DNA of 64,000 bases from an uncultured Acidobacteriota bacterium (GCA_963827655.1 CAWHCF010000053.1:1-64000); one strand, 5' to 3'. Numbered from the stretch's first letter, positions 1-10,505 are shown. Translations and numbers: made by a program. The notes: generated by a model not told the origin, from the letters alone.

Positions 1-15
1 GTATTGGAGCAGTCG

Positions 16-194
16 AGGCCTGAAGGGCCGACAGAGAGTAGGCCCGGCCGTGAGGCCGGGATTGGACACGATGTTAGGAGGGAGCGCCGAAGGTGCGCCA
101 CAATCGCAGTGCCGGGCCTTCGGCCCTCCAATTCATCTGTAACACCAACCACGCCCTCACGGGCGTGGCTATTCACTGCCGGGCCTTCGGCCCT
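16..194. repeat. REP-like composite palindromic element (family A)
   Basis: Several short hairpins: cccggccgtgaggccggg, gcgccgaaggtgcg, gccgggccttcggccct (twice) and ccacgccctcacgggcgtgg. Positions ~152-200 recur almost identically at ~19092-19138, with partial copies at ~15905-15952 and ~35183-35351. Confidence 0.75.
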
Positions 195-209
195 GGTTAA
201 AAGCATTAA

Positions 210-1661
210 TTACTGCTCCCAGCCGCCTCCAAGGGCCTTGTACACTCGGATGACGGAATCCAACTCGCCCAGATACGCCTGAGCAAATGTCAGCTCGGCA
301 TCCAGCGCCTCACGCTCGGTATCCAGGACTTCCAGATAAGCGGAGACACCCCCACGATAGCGCAATTCCGCGAGCTGCAACTGGTTTCGCAGTGTCGTGG
401 CAAAAATCTCGCGTTGAGCCCGGAATTCCCGGGCCTTCTGATAACCGATCAGAGAATCAGCCACGTCCCGAAAGGCCTCCTGAACCGTCTTCTGATAACC
501 TAGAATTGCCGCTTCACGGTGATATTGCGAAGCCTTGTAGTTGGCCCAGAGACCGCCGGCGTTAAAAAGGGGCTGCAACAGGCTGCCGCCGTAACCATAG
601 ACGCCTCCAACACCCTTGAACAGGTCACCGATCTCGAAGTTCTGATAGCCGCCCGACCCGGTCAGACTGATGGACGGAAATAACAAGGATTTAGCCACCC
701 CGACCCTGGCATTGACCGCGACGAGTTGCTGCTCGGCCAGCCGGATGTCGGGCCGACGGTCCAGGAGTGTGGAAGGCAGTCCGGCCGGTACTTCCGGGAC
801 CAACTTTTGATCACTCAGAACCTTGGTGCGATCCACGGGTCCCGGATTTCGGCCTAACAGCGTGTTGAGGAAGTTTTCGGCTTGCTCGCGGCGGCCCTCC
901 ACATCGGCAATCGTTCCGGCAGCGGAAGCCACCAGGCTCGTGGCCTGGTCGACTTCCAGCTGGTTCGCTAACCCACCCGTCAGGCGGGCCTCCACTAACC
1001 GAAGCGAGCCCTGGCGAGAAGACAGCGACTGCTGCGCTACTTTCAACTCGTAGTCCAGTTCGAGCAGTTGAAAGTAAGTACTTGCCACTTCGGTCACCAG
1101 GCTCTGGATCACGGCCAGCCGAACTTCCTCCTGAGCCAGGTACTGGGCCCGAGCCGCCTCGGTCGAGCGGCGGATGCGTCCCCAGATGTCCAGCTCCCAG
1201 AAGACCCTGCCGCCCCCGAATACCGCGCTGACGGCCCGGTTTATGCCGTGCTGCCGGTCGGCAGTCCCCAAGGCGTCGACAGAGGGATATATCGGCGCTT
1301 TCTCCACAGTGATAAAGGACTGGGCGGCAAGAACGCGCTGCGCGGCAATCCCAATGTCGTAGTTATCTTTGAGGGCTGTCCGGATCAGTTCCTGCAGCTT
1401 TTCATCTCGAAACAGTTCAAACCATTTCATATCCGCAAGCGTTGGCTGCGGAGCCGTTGGAGCGGCCGGGAGGGCGGTGGAGCGGGCGCCGGCAAAGCGG
1501 TTTCGGAGCGATGGCTGGCCGGAACAGGATAGGTCGGGCGCTGATATTTGGGCCCCAGCAGACAGCCAGAGGAAAGGAGCATTCCACAGAGCGACAGGAA
1601 TCCAAAGATTCCCCTTGAATAGCACGAAGTGAAACCATGACCGGTGTACTTTCCAGTTCAT
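210..1661 (-). CDS. RND efflux outer-membrane factor lipoprotein (NodT/OprM family); N-terminus carries a compensated double frameshift
   Basis: OEP-family motifs WELDIWGRIRR, LLDRRPDIRLAEQQL and YKALGGGW. GGAGGA RBS before the ATG at 1661. The lipobox LLSSGC-LLGPKYQRP is found only in a shifted frame at ~1535-1600. Confidence 0.9.
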   Translation of the reverse strand: MNWKVHRSWFHFVLFKGNLWIPVALWNAPFLWLSAGAQISAPDLSCSGQPSLRNRFAGARSTALPAAPTAPQPTLADMKWFELFRDEKLQELIRTALKDNYDIGIAAQRVLAAQSFITVEKAPIYPSVDALGTADRQHGINRAVSAVFGGGRVFWELDIWGRIRRSTEAARAQYLAQEEVRLAVIQSLVTEVASTYFQLLELDYELKVAQQSLSSRQGSLRLVEARLTGGLANQLEVDQATSLVASAAGTIADVEGRREQAENFLNTLLGRNPGPVDRTKVLSDQKLVPEVPAGLPSTLLDRRPDIRLAEQQLVAVNARVGVAKSLLFPSISLTGSGGYQNFEIGDLFKGVGGVYGYGGSLLQPLFNAGGLWANYKASQYHREAAILGYQKTVQEAFRDVADSLIGYQKAREFRAQREIFATTLRNQLQLAELRYRGGVSAYLEVLDTEREALDAELTFAQAYLGELDSVIRVYKALGGGWEQ

Positions 1662-1778
1662 AACTGTTTTTCCTCCGCCAAGGGCTGCCTTATCGGTGTT
1701 CTCCAGCAGGTCGCCACGACTTCTGCCACTCAAGCCGGACCGGGCGGAATGCGTGGCGAGACGGGCGCCCCCTGTTTT

Positions 1779-4700
1779 TCAGTGCGCTGCTTCGGGACGG
1801 GGCTCCGCGGGCACTGCGGCTCTCTTGGCCCGCCGCCGGCCAAAACTCTCAACGAAGGTGAAGTTGCCGGGAATGATGAATACCCCCAGCAGCGTTGCGA
1901 CCAGCATGCCCCAGAACACCGCGGTGCCCATCACATTCTGGGCCCCCGCTCCGGCCCCGCTCGCAAGCATCAGGGGCACGACCCCCAGGATGAAGGCGAA
2001 CGCCGTCATCAGGATCGGCCGGAAGCGCAGGCGGGCCGATTCGAGGGCGGCCTCCTGGAGGTCCACACCCTGGTCGTGCTTCGCCTTGGCGAACTCCACG
2101 ATCAGGATGGCGTTCTTAGCCGCCAGACCTATCAGCATGACCAGGCCGACCTGCACGTAAACGTTGTTGTCGTATCCCATCAACCAGACGCCGAGAAAGG
2201 CGCCCAGCGCAACCAGCGGCGATCCCAGCAGCACGGCCCAGGGCAGTCGCCAGCTTTCGTACATTGCGGCCAGCAGCAGGAACACGCAGACGATGGCCAT
2301 GATGAAGGTGGGCGCCGCAGGCGGCGCCACCTTTTCCTGGTAGGAGAGCGAGTTGTAGGCAAAGCCCATCTCCCTGGGCATCGTTTCCGCGAAGACCTGC
2401 TCCAGTGCCGCCAGGGCTTGACCGGAGGTAAAGCCGCGCGCCGGCGCGCCCTGGACCTCAACCGAGCGCAGCAGGTTGAACCGGGTCGTGAGCTCGGTCC
2501 CGGCGATATCCTTGATCGTGACCAGGGTCGAGAGCGGGACCATCTCTTCGCTCCTCTTTGAGCGGACATAGACCTTGCCGATGTCTTCTCCCTTGAGGCG
2601 AGCCCCGGCGTCGGCCTGCACGTAGACCCGGTAAAGTCGTCCGAAGCGGTTGAAGTCGTTGACGTAGGCTCCGCCCAGGGCGGCGGACAGCGCCTGGAAG
2701 ACCTCGTTCACCGGAACCCCCAGGGTGCGCGCCTTCTCGCGATCCAGCTCTACCTTGACCTGAGGGTAGTTCGGGTCGAAGGACGTGAAGAGGTTGCCCA
2801 GCTCCGGCCGTTGCCTTCCAGCCGCGAGGAACTTCGCGGTATGTTCGCCGAGCTCCTGGACCGTCATGGAACCGCTGCGATCCTGCAGGAGGAAGTTGAA
2901 TCCCGAGGCGGCGCCGAACCCCGAAAGCGTCGGGATGTTGAACGGGAAGATGATCGCCTCCGGAATGGCGGCGAACTGCCGCTGCAGCCCCGCCATGATC
3001 CCCTTCACGTGCAGCGCTTCCCCGTGGCGCTCCTCCCAAGGCTTCAGCCGCGCAAACAGCGAGCCGTAGTTCGGCTGGTAGGTGTTGGTGACTACCCCGT
3101 ACCCCCCGACCGTCTGGTAAGATTCGATCCCTTCGGTCTTCGCCAGAATCTCCTCCACCTCCTTGAGTACGTCGCTGGTGCGCTCGAGCGACGCGCCGGG
3201 CGGGAGCTGGACGTTGACCCCGAAGATCCCCTGGTCCTCGTCCGGGATGAACCCGGCTGGAATCGCCTGCGCGAAGAGGCCGGCGCCCAATGCCACACCG
3301 GCGACAATGACGATCGTGATGAACGAACGGCGCACGAGCAGGCGGGAGGTGCTCACGTAGCCGGTCGTGGTGACGTCAAAGACCTTGTTGAAGCCCCGGA
3401 AAAAAGCCCCCAGCGGCCCGCGCATGGGACGGGGCGCTTTGAGGAGCATGGCGCAGAGCGCGGGCGTCAGCGACAGCGCATTGAAGGCTGAGAGCAGCAC
3501 TGAGATGGCAATGGTCAGCGCGAACTGCTTGTACATGCTGCCCACCAACCCGCCGAGCAGAGCCACGGGGACGAACACCGCCGAGAGGATGAGAGCGATT
3601 CCGATGACCGGCCCCGAGACCTCCTCCAAGGCCTTGAACGTCGCCTCTTTCGGGGCCATTCCGTGCTCGAGGTGGTGGATGACCGCCTCGACCACGACTA
3701 TAGCGTCGTCCACCACAATGCCGATGGCCAGTACGAGGCCGAACATCGAGAGGGTGTTGACGGAGAAGCCGAGGATGGGGAAGAAGATGAAAGTGCCGAT
3801 CAGGGAAACCGGAATGGTGATCAGCGGAATGATCGTCGCCCGGACGTTCTGCAGGAAGATGAAAACCACCAGCGTCACGAGGATCAGTGCCTCAACAAAT
3901 GTCTTCAGGATCTCGTGGATCGAGGCCTCAACCGCCGGCGTCGTGTCGTAGACGATCTTGTAATCCATGTCAGGTGGAAAGAGACCTTTCGCACGTTCCA
4001 TCGTCTCGTAGATCGTTTCGGCGGCCTTGAGCTGGTTCGCGCCGGGCAAGAGGTAGACGGCCATCGCGCCGCCTGCCTTGCCGTTCAGCCGGCCGAAGGA
4101 GTTGTAGTCCTGAGAGCCGAGCTCGGCGCGCCCGATGTCCTTGATCCGGACTATTTCGCCGGCCTCACTCTGGCGCACGATGATGTTCTCGAACTCCTCG
4201 GGTGTGACCAGGCGGCCCGGAGCGCTGACCGTATTGGTGAACAGCTGATCCTTCGGCGTGGGAGCGGCGCCCACCTTGCCGGCGGGCGCCTGCAGGTTTT
4301 GCTCTTTGATGGCCGCAATGACGTCCGCCGGGGTCATGCCGAGCTTGGCCATCCGGTCGGGAAAAATCCAGATCCGCATGCCATAGTCGGTCCCGCCGAA
4401 CAGGTCCACTTGCGCGATTCCAGGAATCCGGAGCAACTGGTCGCGCAGGTTGATGCCGCAATAGTTGATCAGGAAATTTGCGTCGTACGAGTCCTTGGGC
4501 GAGTATAGCGAGACCACCATCAGGATGCTGGGGCTCTGTTTCTTGACGGTCACGCCCTGCTGGATCACCTCCTGCGGCAGCCGTGCCTGAGCCGACGAGA
4601 CCCGGTTCTGGGTGAGGACGTTCGCGATGTCCTGGTCCGTCCCTACCTCGAAGTTGACGTCCAGCAGCATGCGGCCGTCGCTCGTGTTCGATGACTTCAT

Positions 4701-4931
4701 GTAGATGAGCCGATCGACGCCGTTAACTTCCTGTTCGATGGGGGTCGCCACCGACTGCTCGACGGCCTCGGCGGATGCGCCGGGGTAGGTGGCGGTCACG
4801 CGGATGTTGGGAGGGGCGAGAAAGGGGTATTGCTCAATCGACAACCCCCTGATGACAACGACCCCGAACATGACCATCAGGATCGATATGACGATGGCGA
4901 CGATTGGCCGCCGGATGAAGAAATTTGCCAT
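1779..4931 (-). CDS. Multidrug efflux RND transporter permease subunit (AcrB/HAE-1 family)
   Basis: 1050 aa. Starts MANFFIRRPI; proton-relay motifs VDDAIVVVE and KNAILIVEFA; RFRPILMT motif. Confidence 0.96.
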   Translation of the reverse strand: MANFFIRRPIVAIVISILMVMFGVVVIRGLSIEQYPFLAPPNIRVTATYPGASAEAVEQSVATPIEQEVNGVDRLIYMKSSNTSDGRMLLDVNFEVGTDQDIANVLTQNRVSSAQARLPQEVIQQGVTVKKQSPSILMVVSLYSPKDSYDANFLINYCGINLRDQLLRIPGIAQVDLFGGTDYGMRIWIFPDRMAKLGMTPADVIAAIKEQNLQAPAGKVGAAPTPKDQLFTNTVSAPGRLVTPEEFENIIVRQSEAGEIVRIKDIGRAELGSQDYNSFGRLNGKAGGAMAVYLLPGANQLKAAETIYETMERAKGLFPPDMDYKIVYDTTPAVEASIHEILKTFVEALILVTLVVFIFLQNVRATIIPLITIPVSLIGTFIFFPILGFSVNTLSMFGLVLAIGIVVDDAIVVVEAVIHHLEHGMAPKEATFKALEEVSGPVIGIALILSAVFVPVALLGGLVGSMYKQFALTIAISVLLSAFNALSLTPALCAMLLKAPRPMRGPLGAFFRGFNKVFDVTTTGYVSTSRLLVRRSFITIVIVAGVALGAGLFAQAIPAGFIPDEDQGIFGVNVQLPPGASLERTSDVLKEVEEILAKTEGIESYQTVGGYGVVTNTYQPNYGSLFARLKPWEERHGEALHVKGIMAGLQRQFAAIPEAIIFPFNIPTLSGFGAASGFNFLLQDRSGSMTVQELGEHTAKFLAAGRQRPELGNLFTSFDPNYPQVKVELDREKARTLGVPVNEVFQALSAALGGAYVNDFNRFGRLYRVYVQADAGARLKGEDIGKVYVRSKRSEEMVPLSTLVTIKDIAGTELTTRFNLLRSVEVQGAPARGFTSGQALAALEQVFAETMPREMGFAYNSLSYQEKVAPPAAPTFIMAIVCVFLLLAAMYESWRLPWAVLLGSPLVALGAFLGVWLMGYDNNVYVQVGLVMLIGLAAKNAILIVEFAKAKHDQGVDLQEAALESARLRFRPILMTAFAFILGVVPLMLASGAGAGAQNVMGTAVFWGMLVATLLGVFIIPGNFTFVESFGRRRAKRAAVPAEPRPEAAH

Positions 4932-5026
4932 GATCTAGCACCCTTTCTGCTGTCAGGAGACGATAGGCCGGAGTCGCGCCGGTCGTGCGTTAACAGTCGT
5001 GGTGAACCCGCGGATTTCAGTCCCGA

Positions 5027-6352
5027 TCATTTATCGGCAGGAGTCACGACCATTCCTGGGCGCACTTTCTGCATCCCCTCGGTAATGACGCGTTCACCAG
5101 GCTTTACTCCTTCTTTGACAATGAACAGATTTTCATACCGGTCTCCAAGGGTTACCGTGCGAAGTGCGACTTTGTTATCATTTTCAACCACATAAACCAC
5201 CTTCGCGCTTTGCTGCTCCATCACACTTTGTTGTGGAATCAGAAGCGCATTCTCAGCCGTATCGATGACGCCGCGGACGCGGCCGAACTGTCCTGGCCGA
5301 ATCAGCCCCTCCGGATTGCGGAACTCGGCAACAAGAGTCAAGGTCCCTGTTTTCTGATCAATAGCCCGGTCCGCAACCGTGACCGTGCCTTTGTGAGGAT
5401 GCACCGTTCCATCCGCCAGCACCAACTCAATAGGAAGCGGGGTTTTGGTCGACTTACCCATGCGTCTGGCGAGCATCAGATATTCTGATTCGCTGACAGC
5501 AAAAGTCACTCGAAGAGGATCCAGGTCCGAAATCGCGGCCAGCAAGGTCGGTTCGCCCCGACCCACCAGGTTCCCTGAGGAAACCAATCTTTGGCCGATC
5601 AGACCATCCAGAGGAGCCGTGACCGTGCAGTAGCTGAGATCGAGTTCCGCATCCTTGATCGCGGACTCAGCTGCCGAGACGGCTGCCTTGGCTGCATCCA
5701 CCGTTACCTTCTGGACCACGACGGTGGTATCATAGTTGGCTTTGCTGGCATCCACGTTTGATTTGCCCACTTGTTGCGCCACGAGAGCGTTGTCCAGATC
5801 CTGCTGAGGCACGGCCTTCACCTTCGCCAGCGGCTCAAGGCGATTCACGTCCAGGTCCGCTTTCCCCAATTGAGCTTTTGCCTGGTCAAGCTTCGCTTTC
5901 GCGGTGTCAACCGTCACTTGTTCCACGGCGAACTGGAGCTCCGCCTGGGCCTTGGCCAGTTGGGCCTTGGCGGACTGGAGTGCGGCCTCATACTTGCGCT
6001 TGTCGAGTGTGAACAGCAACTGTCCCCGCTTGACCGGGCGGCCTTCCTCGAAGTGAATCCCTTCCAGGAAAGCTTCAACCCGCGCCCGCACCTCAACGGT
6101 ATCTCGGGCGTCGGTCCGGGCCGTGAACTCGCTGAAGATCGGAACCGTCTTCTGGATAACAGGAGCCACGACCACAGGGACTGGAGCGACAGGAGCCGCT
6201 TTCTCCTTTTCTGCGTTCGTCTCGCCGCCGCAGCTCGAAAGGACCAGCGCGGTCATGAGCAGCGCGCCGGCTGCTCTGGCCCTGCGCCAGGTATGCCTGA
6301 TCGATGGAGCCAGATGCATGCCGGAACCAGCGAAAACATTTTTGGGGTTCAT
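5027..6352 (-). CDS. Efflux RND transporter periplasmic adaptor (MFP) subunit
   Basis: Lipobox VLSSCG, VEVRARVEAFL, a coiled-coil hairpin and APLDGLIG. GGAGG RBS before the ATG at 6352; directly upstream of the permease. Confidence 0.93.
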   Translation of the reverse strand: MNPKNVFAGSGMHLAPSIRHTWRRARAAGALLMTALVLSSCGGETNAEKEKAAPVAPVPVVVAPVIQKTVPIFSEFTARTDARDTVEVRARVEAFLEGIHFEEGRPVKRGQLLFTLDKRKYEAALQSAKAQLAKAQAELQFAVEQVTVDTAKAKLDQAKAQLGKADLDVNRLEPLAKVKAVPQQDLDNALVAQQVGKSNVDASKANYDTTVVVQKVTVDAAKAAVSAAESAIKDAELDLSYCTVTAPLDGLIGQRLVSSGNLVGRGEPTLLAAISDLDPLRVTFAVSESEYLMLARRMGKSTKTPLPIELVLADGTVHPHKGTVTVADRAIDQKTGTLTLVAEFRNPEGLIRPGQFGRVRGVIDTAENALLIPQQSVMEQQSAKVVYVVENDNKVALRTVTLGDRYENLFIVKEGVKPGERVITEGMQKVRPGMVVTPADK

Positions 6353-6944
6353 GCTACCTCCAAGTTGTGAGTGGAGAGAGCAGCCTTTACGCCATTCCGC
6401 GCTCCACCGCTGACGTGGGCTGCGCTTCTCCACCGAAGGACCCGCATTGCGTCCAACCCGTCGGCTGCTGGGTTTCTCATCGCCTGTCTCCTGGTTTCCA
6501 CGCTTGGAACTGAGTGTGGAATTTCCGTTTTTGCCCGGCACCTGCAGCTCTGATGGGCGGCAGGGCTGATTCTACCACCAGTCTTCCCGTGCGCTTATCC
6601 ACAGTTTGAGGCAACATGCGCCAGGCAATAACTGTAATGTCTGGCAGGTTCGCGTGTGGACGTTGATCTGCCTGCGGTGAAGAAGCTTCTACAAAAGCGG
6701 GCTCTTGGAGTGCCGGGGAGCCCTCTGCGACGGCTCCAACCCTGCCTAGCTTTACAGTGGCGGAGTCTTGCGCCCAGGAGGACCATGGAGTCCAGATCGG
6801 AAAACGAGCCATGTTTCCGGTATCCGCAGGGGCCCCCATCGGTCGTGGCTTGGTGACGATGCAGACTTTCCCCGTGGGCAGTCTGACGTTGCAGAAAGGC
6901 CGGCTTTGTGTCGGCCCGCTAAAAGAACTGAAACGGAGGCGACA

Positions 6945-7484
6945 ATGAAACGAGTGGCGACGGCGGTGGCTGCGGTCTTGCTGACTCTTAACCTGTCCCT
7001 GGCAGGACAGACTCCCGAGAAGGGTAAAACGGCCGCAAAGCCTGCCGCTCTTCAGAGGCCGGCTGCGCTCTCAAACGAGGATATGAATCTGCGAGCGTAT
7101 ATGGAACTGCTGCGGACGGACGTCCGCAAACAAAAGGCTAATATCCTCGGGCAAGTCATGCAGTTTGACGCCGATGAAGCAGCCAAGTTCTGGCCCATCT
7201 ACAAAGAGTACGACGCCGAATTAGCGCGTATCGGAGATAGCAAACTGGCGATGATCAAGAAGTACGCGGACAACTACGAAACCATGACCGATGCGGTTGC
7301 CGACCAGCTGATGCGCGACGCTATTCAGATTGACCGGCAGAGACACGATCTGCTGGTCAAATACTATGGGCGAATGAAAGATGCTCTCGGCGGCATCAGC
7401 GCAGCGCGGTTTCTTCAGGTCGAGAATCAGCTTCTGATGTTGATCGACCTGCAGATTGCTTCTTCGCTGCCCGTGATCCGATGA
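6945..7484 (+). CDS. Secreted alpha-helical hypothetical protein (possibly Spy/CpxP-like)
   Basis: GGAGG RBS, signal peptide MKRVATAVAAVLLTLNLSLA, and an amphipathic helical body with FWPIYKEY. Confidence 0.7.
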   Translation: MKRVATAVAAVLLTLNLSLAGQTPEKGKTAAKPAALQRPAALSNEDMNLRAYMELLRTDVRKQKANILGQVMQFDADEAAKFWPIYKEYDAELARIGDSKLAMIKKYADNYETMTDAVADQLMRDAIQIDRQRHDLLVKYYGRMKDALGGISAARFLQVENQLLMLIDLQIASSLPVIR

Positions 7485-7564
7485 ATTTATGCCAGGCGCA
7501 CAGGCAGCAACAGGGTCCAGGGCTAAATCACCCAAGGTTCAGGCGAAAATAAGGAGAAAGAAAC

Positions 7565-8347
7565 ATGAGATCATCACTCGTTCCTGTTGTCACCGCGTCG
7601 TTGCTCTTGTCCAGCTTCACCTTGCGAGCCGACGTGGTCAGGCTCAAGGATGGGCGCACGATTCAAGGCATTTTTCTGGGAGGTAATTCTCGCCAGATTG
7701 ATCTCCTCGTTTCGAACGGGAAGACGTTGAGTTTCTCACTCACTTCCGTATCCGGCATCACGTTTACGGCACTGCCCGAAACGCCCCCCTCGACAGGCGG
7801 GGGTGCCGCTGGTGCTCCCGCAGCGGCACCCGCAGCCCGCCCGCCCGTCCTGATTCCGGCAGGCACTTTGCTGCGCGTTCGCACGATTGATCCCATTGAT
7901 GTCGATACATCGGCCACCGGGGCCAAGTTCAAGGCCAGCCTCGATGATCCGGTGATGGTCGGAGGAGCAGTGGTCATCCCCAAGGGCGCCGGTGCAATGC
8001 TGCAGGCCGTTAAAGTGGAACAGTCCGGAAAGATGAAGGGGAGCGATCTGATTCAGTTGAAAGTCATCAGCCTCTCGGTGGGGGGAACCGCCTACCCCGT
8101 CGTTAGCAGCGTCGCCGAAACCAAGGGCGGGTCGGAAGGAAAAGCGACGGCCACCAAGACCCTCGGGGGGGCCGGGCTGGGAGCCCTGATCGGCGGTATT
8201 GCCGGCGGAGGGTCGGGCGCGCTCATCGGAACAGCGGCAGGCGCAGCGGGAGGCGCCATCGTTTCGGCCAGTGGCCAGCAGCATCTGAAGATCCCCTCCG
8301 AGACCCGCCTCGAATTCAAATTGCAGGCCGACTTGAAGGTCAAGTAA
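7565..8347 (+). CDS. Secreted hypothetical protein with Pro/Ala linker and C-terminal glycine zipper
   Basis: AGGAG RBS, signal peptide ending LRA-D, IPAGTLLRVR motif, and a GAGLGALIGGIAGGG glycine zipper. Confidence 0.7.
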   Translation: MRSSLVPVVTASLLLSSFTLRADVVRLKDGRTIQGIFLGGNSRQIDLLVSNGKTLSFSLTSVSGITFTALPETPPSTGGGAAGAPAAAPAARPPVLIPAGTLLRVRTIDPIDVDTSATGAKFKASLDDPVMVGGAVVIPKGAGAMLQAVKVEQSGKMKGSDLIQLKVISLSVGGTAYPVVSSVAETKGGSEGKATATKTLGGAGLGALIGGIAGGGSGALIGTAAGAAGGAIVSASGQQHLKIPSETRLEFKLQADLKVK

Positions 8348-8571
8348 ATCCGCTGAGTTAAACTCGGTCCCCGGTGATGTCCGGTGATGCAGAGCTAGTT
8401 GCCATCATCAGGGCGCCATCGAACGCTGGGTACCTCGAAAAGCGTCACATGGTCCGCATCACCTTCTTGCTCGACGCCGGAAAACCTGCCTATGTGTACA
8501 GTTCCTGATCCGACCCCTGGCTGGCAGACTTGCAAGCCACTGGATGGTCGCGGAGCTGATGCGCAACCCGA

Positions 8572-9640
8572 GTGGAGAAAAATACGATGATCCACACCAG
8601 CGTGCCGATGATCGACAATTTCGACCTGGGTTCAGCGCGGTTTCCTGCCGGAGAGGGCGTCGAGATCCCGCTCAAGCTAAAGACTCCATGGGTACTCTTT
8701 CTCTTTATCGCAGCGTTCATGGGTCCAGGCGCCGACTTGACGTTCGCGGCCGGCGCGGAATCGGACGCGGCTTCAGTGCTGTCGGCCCAGGCTGCCGAAC
8801 AGGGCCGGCCTGACGGCGATTCCTGAACAAGAGCATCACGGCCTGTCGCAAAAGGCCGTCGAGATCGGCAGCCTCTTCGGTTTCCCGGTCACGAATTCCA
8901 TGGTCGTCACCTGGATTGTGGCGCTGGGCCTGATCATTTTTGCTCAGGTCGCTACGCGGGAGATGAAGCAAGTTCCAGGAGGAGCGCAGAATTTTTTCGA
9001 ATGGCTGGTGGAGGCCCTCTACGGTTTCCTGGAAGGAATCATTGGGAAGCATCTGGTCGACCGGACCTTCTGGTTTTTTGCGACTATTTTCCTCTTCATT
9101 CTCACCGCCAATTGGGTGGGTCTCATTCCCGGGGTAGGCACGATCGGCTGGGGGCATGCGACCTCTCACGGTTTCACGATCGACCAACCTTTGTTCCGCG
9201 GTGCCAACGCCGACGTCAACCTGACGCTCGCCATGGCCTTGATCTTCTTCGGCTGCTGGATTTTCTGGGCCCTTCGGGAAATAGGCCCGCTCGGGTTTCT
9301 AAAGGAACTGTTTGCGCCCAAGGGCGAGAGCACCGGCCCGTTGAAGGTGCTCCTCGTGGTCGTATTCTTCGCAGTCGGCTGTCTGGAAATCATTTCGATT
9401 TTGTTCCGGCCGGTCTCCCTCAGTTTTCGTCTCTACGGCAACATCTTTGCCGGTGAAAACATGTTGGAGACCATGGCCACGCTGGTTCCCGGCTTTGGCT
9501 GGTTGATACCGATTCCATTTTATTTCCTGGAGTTGCTGGTGGGTTTGGTCCAGGCCCTGGTCTTCACATTGTTGACTGCTGTCTTCACGCTGCTGATTTG
9601 CCAGCATGAGGCAGAGGGGCCGGCGGCCGCGCACGATTGA
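8572..9640 (+). CDS. atpB: F0F1 ATP synthase subunit a, with an N-terminal extension split off by an apparent frameshift near 8800
   Basis: ORF 8900-9640 has SLSFRLYGNIFAGE (essential Arg) and ELLVGLVQALVF. The same frame continues upstream as HHGLSQKAVEIG...FPVTNSM with no start codon. ORF 8572-8826 supplies a signal-like leader in another frame. Confidence 0.88.
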
Positions 9641-9709
9641 ATGATGATTTTCGCCGGTTTAATCGTGCTCAAATCGCGGGGTGCGGCGAGAAAGGAACGA
9701 CAATAAATC

Positions 9710-9898
9710 ATGAGCGGAAACTTGCATGTAGGTCTGGCGGCGATTGGAGCCGCTATTGCCGTGGGTATGATCGGCATGAAAGCTGCGGACGTGGTGGGAC
9801 GCAATCCCGGCTCGTCCACCAAGGTTCTGGTCCAGTCCATCCTGGCTATTGCCTTTGCTGAAGCGATCGTGTTCTACACCCTGTTCCTGGTGCAGTAG
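9710..9898 (+). CDS. atpE: F0F1 ATP synthase subunit c (short, 62 aa)
   Basis: GRNP loop and ion-binding Glu in AFAEAI; two hydrophobic helices; AAGGA RBS. Confidence 0.93.
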   Translation: MSGNLHVGLAAIGAAIAVGMIGMKAADVVGRNPGSSTKVLVQSILAIAFAEAIVFYTLFLVQ

Positions 9899-9959
9899 CG
9901 AGAGGGAGTCGGGCGCATAGCCCAACCGGCCCAACGCCCCCAACTCTACGGGTGTGACT

Positions 9960-10505
9960 ATGAATGCCTTTGTCTTGCTTGCGGAACAAGCCAGTGGTGG
10001 GCAGATTGAGCAGATTGCCAGGACCTTCGGGGTGAACTGGCCTCATTTGCTTGCCCAGATGATCAGCTTCGGCATCGTTTGTATCCTGCTTTACCGGTTT
10101 GCCTATCGACCCATCCTGACGATGCTGGAAGAGCGGCGTCATCTCATCGCCCAAGGTCTCGCCAACACCGAGAAGATAAAAGCGGAGCTGGCCCGGACCG
10201 AGGCTCAGCGCCAGGAGGTCCTGCTGCAAGCCAATGCCCAGGCGACCAAGCTTATCGAGGAAGCCCGCGCCGTGGCGGCCCGCTTGCAGGCGCAGGAAAG
10301 CCAAAAGGCCATCGCTGCCGCCGAACAGATTATCGCCAAAGCCCGCGAGGCCGCGGCACAGGACCACGCCCGCATGCTCGCCGAACTCAAGCGCGAGGTG
10401 GGCCGGTTAGTTGTGCAGACCACGGCTGCGATCACAGGCAAGATTCTGACAACGGAAGACCAGCGGCGCCTGGCTGAGGAAACAGCCAGGCAATTGACGG
10501 GATAG
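9960..10505 (+). CDS. atpF: F0F1 ATP synthase subunit b
   Basis: Single TM segment (QMISFGIVCILLYRFAYRPIL) followed by a long coiled coil; operon position. Confidence 0.92.
   Translation: MNAFVLLAEQASGGQIEQIARTFGVNWPHLLAQMISFGIVCILLYRFAYRPILTMLEERRHLIAQGLANTEKIKAELARTEAQRQEVLLQANAQATKLIEEARAVAARLQAQESQKAIAAAEQIIAKAREAAAQDHARMLAELKREVGRLVVQTTAAITGKILTTEDQRRLAEETARQLTG

Noticed and set aside
4-282. 92-aa ORF at the window start
   Set aside because: It reads through a REP-like repeat and overlaps the OMF 3' end on the other strand.
6595-6603. Perfect DnaA box TTATCCACA
   Set aside because: Single copy, with no AT-rich unwinding region or dnaA context; compatible with chance.
8348-8571. FNR/CRP/Rex or sigma-54 sites upstream of the island
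   Set aside because: No convincing TTGAT-N4-ATCAA, TTGTGA-N6-TCACAA or TGGCAC-N5-TTGC match was seen here or before xfp, gap or the GH63 gene. The anoxia hypothesis has no promoter support from this window.
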